From positions 1-21,841 of the forward strand of contig JBDRUX010000033.1 in NCBI GenBank assembly GCA_039801565.1: a stretch of DNA of 21,841 bases. Reading direction: 5' to 3'. This document shows, piece after piece, positions 15,164 through 21,841 of this stretch. The notes beneath the pieces are model-generated. The model was not told where the DNA came from. It was given only the letters and a program-made list of their open reading frames with translations, and did not search any database. Within the stretch, counting starts at the first letter, position 1. Each line of letters begins with the position of its first letter. The position numbers and the translations under genes are program-made. The stretch comes from a candidate division WOR-3 bacterium. Its GTDB lineage: Bacteria; Hydrothermota; Tepidihabitantia; Tepidihabitantales; JAOUPE01.

Positions 15164-16252
15164 ATGCTCTATTTATTGCTTTACCCTTTAAAACAGTATT
15201 TCAGTCCTTTCAATCTATTTCGGTACATTACATTTCGTGCTGCCTATGCTGGCGCTCTCAGTTTAATCTTAACTTTGATTTTCGGTCCGGTAGTGATAAG
15301 ATGGATAAAAAAACTCGCTATTGGCCAAAATATCAGAGAAGAAGTCCCTGAACGCCATAAAGCAAAATCGGGAACACCGACAATGGGTGGCTTAATGATT
15401 CTTTCCACCATTATAATTTCGGTATTACTTTTTGCTGATTTGACTAACCATTATATTTTACTCGGACTCTTGACTTTGGTCTGGCTGGGTGGAATCGGTT
15501 ATCTCGACGATTACATCAAGATTCGATGCCATAGACCACGCGGACTGACAAAACGAGTGAAGCTCATCAGTCAACTCGGATTGGCTTTGCTTATCGGTTT
15601 GGTACTATATTTTTTCCCTTTATCCCCTGACCTTAAGACCAAAACTAATTTTCTGTTATTCAAAAATGTTATCCTCAACTTTGGTATTTTTTATATTCCC
15701 TTTGTTATCCTGGTACTGGTAGGTTCAACCAATGCGGTTAATCTAACGGATGGTTTAGATGGATTAGCGGTTGGACTTTTAAGTACTGCGGCTGCGACAT
15801 ATGCCTTTCTAACTTATGCGGCTGGTCATAGTAAAATTGCTCAATACCTAAATATTATTTATGTGCCGGGCGCTGGTGAAATGGCAATCTTTGCTTTTGC
15901 CGTCATCGGTGCTGGACTCGGCTTTTTATGGTTCAATTCTTATCCTGCCGAGATATTTATGGGCGATACTGGCTCCTTGCCTTTGGGTGGACTCATTGGT
16001 TTAATGGCTATTATCTGCAAGCAAGAGATACTATTATTATTAGTCGGCGGGGTATTTGTGATTGAGGTGGTTTCAGTAATAATCCAAGTTGTTTATTTCC
16101 ATCTGACAAAAGGAAAACGGGTATTTAGGATGGCACCGCTCCATCACCACTTCGAATTACTTGGTTGGCATGAGGCAAAAATCGTAACCCGGTTCTGGAT
16201 TCTCTCTTTACTCTTTGGGTTATTAGCAATTTCCAGTCTGAAAATACGATGA
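15164..16252 (+). CDS. mraY: Phospho-N-acetylmuramoyl-pentapeptide transferase
   Basis: KSGTPTMGG, GYLDDY, NAVNLTDGLDGL, FMGDTGS, MAPLHHHFEL. Confidence 0.98.
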   Translation: MLYLLLYPLKQYFSPFNLFRYITFRAAYAGALSLILTLIFGPVVIRWIKKLAIGQNIREEVPERHKAKSGTPTMGGLMILSTIIISVLLFADLTNHYILLGLLTLVWLGGIGYLDDYIKIRCHRPRGLTKRVKLISQLGLALLIGLVLYFFPLSPDLKTKTNFLLFKNVILNFGIFYIPFVILVLVGSTNAVNLTDGLDGLAVGLLSTAAATYAFLTYAAGHSKIAQYLNIIYVPGAGEMAIFAFAVIGAGLGFLWFNSYPAEIFMGDTGSLPLGGLIGLMAIICKQEILLLLVGGVFVIEVVSVIIQVVYFHLTKGKRVFRMAPLHHHFELLGWHEAKIVTRFWILSLLFGLLAISSLKIR

Positions 16253-17613
16253 GAATTAGTATAAACCACAAGATTCTGCCCAAAGCGGTGATTATTTATG
16301 GACTGGGTCGCGCCGGAAAGACTGTGAGTCAATTTTTACTTGATAAGGGAGTTAAGGTTTTTGCTTACGACGATAACCCTGAAATTCAAGAAGAAGCAAC
16401 CGTAAGAAAATTGAGGCAAAATCCTAACTTTAAATTTTTACCCAAGCCAAACTCAGTAATAAACCAGACCGAAATTGATATGATAATTGTCAGTCCTGGG
16501 GTCTCAGCCCAAGCACCCCTTCTCCAAACCCTCAAAAATAAAAAGGTTCCAATCATTGATGAAATCGAATTCACTGCCCAGTTCATTGCCAAACCAATTA
16601 TTGCAATCACTGGCACTAATGGCAAATCTACTACGACGGCACTAATTGCATCAATTCTTACTACTGATGGAAAAAATGTTTTCGCTGGCGGCAACTTGGC
16701 GCCGGGGCAACCATTTTCTTCGGCTTTACTTGCTGACGAAAAGGATTTTTATGTGGTCGAGGTATCAAGCTTTCAATTGGAAAGGTGCTATAGTTTTTCG
16801 CCACATATCGCATTGCTTTTAAATATCACCGAGGACCATTTTGACCGACACCATTCAAAAGAAGAGTATGTGGCATTAAAATTCCGACTCGTCGCGCATC
16901 AGAAGAAAAACGACTTTGCTATTGTTAATTTTGATGACCCAATAATCAAAAGGAATCTAAATAAAATTCCGGCTAATACTTTTTATTTCTCAAGTGAAAG
17001 GGTTGTAGATGGAACTTATTGTCAGGATGAAATGATTTATTACCAAGGTGAACCGGTCTTATCCGTTGCTGAGATTAAAATTCCCGGTAAGCACAATTTA
17101 AAAAATGTCTTAGCTGCGATTTGTGCGACGAAAATTATCGGTGTTGAAAATTCAAGTATTGAAGCCGCGATTACCAAATTTACTGGTTTGCCCCACCGCT
17201 TAGAACTGATTCGAGAAATCGATGGTATAAGATATATTAACAATTCGATGTGTACCAACCCTGAGGCCGCAATAAATTCCTTGCAAGCAGTGCCCAAACC
17301 GATAATCCTAATAACCGGCGGAAAAGAGAAAAAACTTGAAATCGCTGACTACCTCCGGGCAATCGTTGGTAACGCTAAATACACAATTTTGATCGGTGAA
17401 AATCGTTATCGTCTAAAACAAGCGCTGATAAAACTTAACTATAAGGATTTAGCCGTTGCCGACTCTTTGGAGATGGCAATAGCGATAGCCCGACAAAAAG
17501 CAACGAAAGGCGATACCGTGCTTTTCTCACCAGGATTTGCCAGTTTTGATTCCTATGCTAATTTTATCGAACGGGGGGAGGCATTTCGCAATGCAATCAA
17601 CAATCTTGCCTAA
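16249..17613 (+). CDS. murD: UDP-MurNAc-L-Ala--D-glutamate ligase
   Basis: GLGRAG, VSPGV, ITGTNGKSTTT, EVSSFQL, DHFDRH, LPHRLE, LFSPGFASFD..NFIERG. Confidence 0.95.
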   Translation: MRISINHKILPKAVIIYGLGRAGKTVSQFLLDKGVKVFAYDDNPEIQEEATVRKLRQNPNFKFLPKPNSVINQTEIDMIIVSPGVSAQAPLLQTLKNKKVPIIDEIEFTAQFIAKPIIAITGTNGKSTTTALIASILTTDGKNVFAGGNLAPGQPFSSALLADEKDFYVVEVSSFQLERCYSFSPHIALLLNITEDHFDRHHSKEEYVALKFRLVAHQKKNDFAIVNFDDPIIKRNLNKIPANTFYFSSERVVDGTYCQDEMIYYQGEPVLSVAEIKIPGKHNLKNVLAAICATKIIGVENSSIEAAITKFTGLPHRLELIREIDGIRYINNSMCTNPEAAINSLQAVPKPIILITGGKEKKLEIADYLRAIVGNAKYTILIGENRYRLKQALIKLNYKDLAVADSLEMAIAIARQKATKGDTVLFSPGFASFDSYANFIERGEAFRNAINNLA

Positions 17614-18745
17614 CCGCTTCTTAAAATCAGCGGACAAACCACGCCAACCCGTTGATACCATTCTCTTGTTGGCTACGCTAACATTAGTCACAATTGGGGT
17701 AATTATGGTTTATTCATCCACTCTTTACGAAGGAGACCGCTATTTACGCTGGGAAATGTTGAGAGTAGCTATTGGTGTTGCGGCGTTGTTTATTGGAACA
17801 AAGGTTCGGTATATAAGACTAAGTGGCAACGCAAGAAATATTATCTTCCTAATTACAGTTATAATTCTTTTAGCAACGGTCATTCTGGGCCGCCGCGTCG
17901 CGGGTGCGAAAAGATGGATTGGATTCATTCAGCCCGCCGAAGTGGCAAAACTTTCTTTAATTTTTTGGTTGGCGGGTTTTTTCGCCCGCAGTCAACATCC
18001 CGAAAACGGATTCAAAAAACAAGTCTTGCCACCGTTAGCGGTAACTTTGGTAATTATTGCTTTAACAATTATTCAACCAGCTGTCGGCACCAGTTTGATT
18101 CTGTTCGTTACCAGTATGACGATGTTTTTTTTAGGTGGCGTGAGGATGAAGTATCTTCTGATTATCGGAATGATAGCCATAGTAGGATTTTTGGTATTGA
18201 TTTTTGTTTTTCCTCATTCGCGGTATCGGATAATTAATTTTTGGCAGGGTGACCGTTATCAACAAGAGCAGTCAAGAATCGGAATTGGGTCAGGAGGTTT
18301 AATTGGTAAAGGATTGGGAGAAGGGAGACAGAAATTTAAGTTCTTGCCAAAATTAGCAACTGATTTTATCTTCGCGGCGGTTGGCGAAGAATTTGGTTTC
18401 CTTGGTTCGGTAGTATTGTTTCTGCTATTTTTGATAATTCTTGACCGAGGTTTGAAAATTGCCCAGTCCGCTGATGACCATTTTGGTTTTTTGCTTGCCG
18501 GGGGAATTACGGTTATGCTTTTCGTTTATGCTTTAATTCATATCGGTGTGGCATTGGGCATTGTACCACCAACCGGACAACCTTTACCTTTTGTTTCTTA
18601 CGGTGGGTCAGCACTGGTGACGAATCTTTTTGCTTTAGGTCAAGTTTTGAATGTTTCAAAATTTGGAATAAGGAGAGCAAGTGGTATTAGTTATAACCGC
18701 GGGTGGTACCGGGGGCCATATTTTCCCCGCGCTCGCCCTTGGTGA
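17591..18745 (+). CDS. ftsW: SEDS peptidoglycan glycosyltransferase FtsW
   Basis: MVYSS, GAKRWI, QPAEVAK, GKGLGEGRQK, TDFIFA..GEEFG, PTGQPLPFVSYGGS; GGAGG SD before ATG 17591; located between murD and murG. Confidence 0.93.
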   Translation: MQSTILPNRFLKSADKPRQPVDTILLLATLTLVTIGVIMVYSSTLYEGDRYLRWEMLRVAIGVAALFIGTKVRYIRLSGNARNIIFLITVIILLATVILGRRVAGAKRWIGFIQPAEVAKLSLIFWLAGFFARSQHPENGFKKQVLPPLAVTLVIIALTIIQPAVGTSLILFVTSMTMFFLGGVRMKYLLIIGMIAIVGFLVLIFVFPHSRYRIINFWQGDRYQQEQSRIGIGSGGLIGKGLGEGRQKFKFLPKLATDFIFAAVGEEFGFLGSVVLFLLFLIILDRGLKIAQSADDHFGFLLAGGITVMLFVYALIHIGVALGIVPPTGQPLPFVSYGGSALVTNLFALGQVLNVSKFGIRRASGISYNRGWYRGPYFPRARPW

Positions 18746-19778
18746 AAGCTTGCAGAAATTAAACTGGAATCTGTTATATATCGGGAGAGCGAATAGTTTA
18801 GAAGAAGATTTGATTAGAAAATATAATTTTGATTTTTTCGCTCTGCCGGCCAGTGGGTTTTTGGGCAAAAGAATGCTCGGCAAGATAAATTTCTTTATTA
18901 ACTTCGGCTTGGCACTGTGCCGTTGGATTTGGTTTGCAATCCGACATCGGTTCAGCGCAGTAATTGCTACGGGTGGTTTCAACTCATTGGTTCCCATTTT
19001 GGGTGCACTTATCATTGGTAAACCAATCTTTATTTTGGAATTAAATCGAATTCCCGGGCGGATAACAAAGTATTTTGCCCGATTTGCCCAAGAGATTTAT
19101 CTGGCTTTTCCTTTAACCCAACGCACCTCGGGCAATTTTTATTACACCGGCAGTCCGCTTCGTAAGGAATTATTAGCCAAAGCCTGGCAATGTCGGAATT
19201 CCTTCCATTGTCAAAGCCGAACAAGCAATAAACCGGTAATTTTAGTTTTAGGGGGTAGTTTAGGAGCACGCGCATTGAATTTAGCAGCGGTTGAACTCGC
19301 TAACAAATATCCAACCATCGAGTTTATTATTCAAACTGGCAAACGCGATTACGACTTAATAAAAGAAAAAGTTCGGTCGGAGAATTGTCAGTTAATTGAC
19401 TTTACCTTAACGCCCGAAGAAAATTATGCCAAAGCAACCCTGGTCTTAACTCGAGCCGGTGGTATGGCGCTGTCAGAAATTATTGCTTTCGGTCTGCCGT
19501 CAATAATTATACCGTTTCCTTTTGCTACCGACCAGCATCAAAATGCCAACGCTAAATTTTTAGAAAAAGCCGGTGCGGCAAAAATTTTAGACCAGAGTCA
19601 CCTGTTTAAGTTGGAAGATATGATAAATGATTTACTGGCGAATAAAGAAGAATTGGAAAGGATGCGTGCTAATGCTTTACGCTTAGCAAAATATGATGCG
19701 GCGGAAATAATTGCCAAAAGGATTACTAGGCATCTAAAAAAATCAAAATTGCCCGGAAAGACCTATGATATTAGCTAA
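18681..19778 (+). CDS. murG: Lipid II GlcNAc transferase MurG
   Basis: GGTGGHIFPA, GSPLR, GGSLGA, RAGG, DQHQNANA; AAGGAG SD before GTG 18681. Confidence 0.95.
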   Translation: MVLVITAGGTGGHIFPALALGESLQKLNWNLLYIGRANSLEEDLIRKYNFDFFALPASGFLGKRMLGKINFFINFGLALCRWIWFAIRHRFSAVIATGGFNSLVPILGALIIGKPIFILELNRIPGRITKYFARFAQEIYLAFPLTQRTSGNFYYTGSPLRKELLAKAWQCRNSFHCQSRTSNKPVILVLGGSLGARALNLAAVELANKYPTIEFIIQTGKRDYDLIKEKVRSENCQLIDFTLTPEENYAKATLVLTRAGGMALSEIIAFGLPSIIIPFPFATDQHQNANAKFLEKAGAAKILDQSHLFKLEDMINDLLANKEELERMRANALRLAKYDAAEIIAKRITRHLKKSKLPGKTYDIS

Positions 19779-21144
19779 ATTGAAGCATATTCACTTCATC
19801 GGGATTGGTGGTATCGGTATGTCAGGCATTGCGGTAGTTTTAAAAAACTTAGGATTTGAAATAACCGGTTCGGATCTAAAGGAAACGGAATTGACGAAAA
19901 ATTTAATTCGAATGGGGATTAAAGTTTTTTATGGTCATCGCCCCGAAAACTGTGCTGGCGCTGATGTGGTGGTTTATTCTTCAGCCATCCCCAAAGATAA
20001 TATTGAATTGATTGCCGCTCAAGCCAAAAGAGTTCCAGTTATCCCACGGGCTGAAATGTTAGCGGAATTGATGCGAATGAAGTATTCAATTGCGATTTCG
20101 GGTAGCCATGGCAAAACAACAGTTACCTCAATGATATCAACAATTTTAGAAAAAGCCGGTTTTGACCCTACCACCGTAATTGGCGGACGAATCTTGGGTT
20201 ACGCCACCGGGGCGAAATTGGGCAAGAGTGAATACTTGGTTGCCGAAGCCGATGAAAGCGACCGCTCTTTCTTGCTGTTATATCCCACCATTGCCGTTAT
20301 CACCAATATCGAACGCGAGCATTTGGACTATTACAAAGATTTGGCTGATATTAAACGGGCATTCGTTAAGTTTGCTAACAAAGTACCTTTTTTCGGCGCA
20401 GTCGTCATCTGTATCGATTCACCAGCCGTCAAAGAGATTTGCCCCAGACTTAAAAGGCCAAAGGTTACTTATGGACTAAATCCCAAAGCAATGTTTAGTG
20501 CCGTTGCTATTGATTCTCAGCCCTTTGGTTCCGAATTTACCCTTGTCGGCAAGGGTGAAACGATTGACCGTTTCAGTATTGCAATACCCGGAATTCATAA
20601 TGTGACAAATAGCTTAGCCGCAATTGCGGTGGCGCGACAATTAGATATCAGTTATGAGACGATTAAAATTGGATTAAAAGAATTTGGTGGTGTTCATCGT
20701 CGTTTAGAACGGATTGGTGAAAAAAATGGCATTGTTTTTTATGATGACTACGCCCACCATCCAACTGAAATTAAAGTGGCCCTTAAAACTTTACGATGTT
20801 CTTTTCCTAAACAAAGGATAATCAGCATCTTTCAACCGCACCGGTATACGAGAACCAAATTCTTAGCTAACGATTTTGGCGAGGCTTTTGTGGATTGTGA
20901 CCTCTTATTGATAACGGAGATTTACCCTGCTTCGGAACTGCCAATTCCGGGAGTTAGTGCCCAACTTATCGTTGATGCAATAAAAGCTAATAATTCCCAG
21001 CACCCGCAAATTCTCTATATCAAAGACAAATCAGAAATTTGCGATTTTCTTTTGCCAAAGTTAAAACCCGATGATGTGATAATAACCTTGGGCGCCGGCA
21101 ACATCTGGGAGGTTGGTCAGGAACTTTATAGTAGAATAAAATGA
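19765..21144 (+). CDS. murC: UDP-MurNAc--L-alanine ligase
   Basis: HFIGIGGIGMSGIA, GSHGKTT, EADESD, DDYAHHPTEI, FQPHRYTRT. Confidence 0.98.
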   Translation: MILAKLKHIHFIGIGGIGMSGIAVVLKNLGFEITGSDLKETELTKNLIRMGIKVFYGHRPENCAGADVVVYSSAIPKDNIELIAAQAKRVPVIPRAEMLAELMRMKYSIAISGSHGKTTVTSMISTILEKAGFDPTTVIGGRILGYATGAKLGKSEYLVAEADESDRSFLLLYPTIAVITNIEREHLDYYKDLADIKRAFVKFANKVPFFGAVVICIDSPAVKEICPRLKRPKVTYGLNPKAMFSAVAIDSQPFGSEFTLVGKGETIDRFSIAIPGIHNVTNSLAAIAVARQLDISYETIKIGLKEFGGVHRRLERIGEKNGIVFYDDYAHHPTEIKVALKTLRCSFPKQRIISIFQPHRYTRTKFLANDFGEAFVDCDLLLITEIYPASELPIPGVSAQLIVDAIKANNSQHPQILYIKDKSEICDFLLPKLKPDDVIITLGAGNIWEVGQELYSRIK

Positions 21145-21841
21145 ATCGAACGAAAGAGAAATTTATTAAAGAGATTAACTTGCTAAAAGGTGCTGAAAAG
21201 AAATTGCGCGGCATAATAAAGCGAGATGAACCCCTCGCCCAACATACCACTTTTCAAATTGGTGGCAACGCCCGCTATTTCATAATCGTTGACGATTACG
21301 ATAGTTTGAAAGAAGCGATTCGGCTAGCATTGGAAAATTATCTACCCTATTTCATCATCGGTATGGGTTCTAATCTTTTAATTTCGGACCAGGGTTTTCC
21401 CGGAATGGTTATCAAGTTGGGTAAAGACTTCGCTAAAGTCGAAGTCGAAAATGATAAAATCATTTGTGGAGCAGGTGTAAAATTAAAAGATCTGGTAACT
21501 ACCGCTTTAGCGCATAATTTAACCGGAGCAGAATTTCTCTTTGGTATTCCTGGAACTTTTGGTGGCGCAGTCAAAAACAACGCTGGTGCGTTTACTCATT
21601 CCATCAGTGAGATTATTGAATCAGTCCAGGGCATTCAAATCAATCATCAGTTTGAAATCCAAGAGAGAAAATTAAGCAAAGACCAGATTGGTTTTGGTTA
21701 TCGCTCCAGCCAACTACCTCCGGATTTTATTATCACCCAAGGGATATTAAGACTCCGGCATGGCACTCGGGCCGAAATACTCTCCGAATTAGAACGGATC
21801 AAACAACAGCGGAAACGCACCCAACCTTTTGGAGCATCGGC
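21141..21841 (+). CDS. murB: UDP-N-acetylenolpyruvoylglucosamine reductase (partial, runs off window end)
   Basis: Absent from the ORF track; hand translation from ATG 21141 (ATGA overlap with murC) gives EPLAQHTTFQIGG, IGMGSNLLISDQG, GIPGTFGGAVKNNAGA, GYRSS and KRTQP. Confidence 0.95.
   Translation, partial: MNRTKEKFIKEINLLKGAEKKLRGIIKRDEPLAQHTTFQIGGNARYFIIVDDYDSLKEAIRLALENYLPYFIIGMGSNLLISDQGFPGMVIKLGKDFAKVEVENDKIICGAGVKLKDLVTTALAHNLTGAEFLFGIPGTFGGAVKNNAGAFTHSISEIIESVQGIQINHQFEIQERKLSKDQIGFGYRSSQLPPDFIITQGILRLRHGTRAEILSELERIKQQRKRTQPFGAS

Noticed and set aside
962..21580. Many short antisense or alternate-frame ORFs in the track (e.g. 962-1258, 1691-1921, 3463-3762, 7032-7358, 9918-10184, 12202-12552, 17914-18237, 20180-20479)
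   Set aside because: They lie largely or wholly over well-supported conserved genes and show no recognisable motifs; treated as shadow ORFs.
1..21841. Assigning a specific taxon
   Set aside because: The DAP-type MurE, pdxJ and anaerobic stress genes narrow the options, but a lineage call needs marker-gene phylogeny that cannot be run here.

Overview
Bacterial chromosomal window, visibly AT-rich, with two housekeeping blocks on the + strand separated by a ~5 kb accessory stretch. Left block: a tightly coupled pdxJ-secD-secF-pgpA-cinA operon (65-5031). Right block: the division/cell-wall (dcw) cluster mraZ-rsmH-ftsL-ftsI-murE-mraY-murD-ftsW-murG-murC-murB (10062 to window end), with no murF at its usual position. 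Between them lie: a 503-bp, multiply deleted ISL3-family remnant that keeps both inverted repeats; a GC-rich array of 16 degenerate 12-bp units with a dyad motif at each junction; a minus-strand gene for an uncharacterised exported, membrane-anchored protein; and an anaerobe-type O2/NO/superoxide defence operon (Hrb-like flavin reductase with no rubredoxin domain, class A flavodiiron protein, 1Fe superoxide reductase, short bacterioferritin-like protein). The most unusual signals are (1) the 12-bp-periodic RRG-N3-CYY array and (2) a pair of NrdR-box-like sites 32 bp apart overlapping a promoter that faces the dcw cluster, with no ribonucleotide reductase gene in the window. The organism is probably an anaerobe with meso-DAP peptidoglycan; its taxon cannot be fixed from this window. 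All family calls come from recalled motifs, not database searches.
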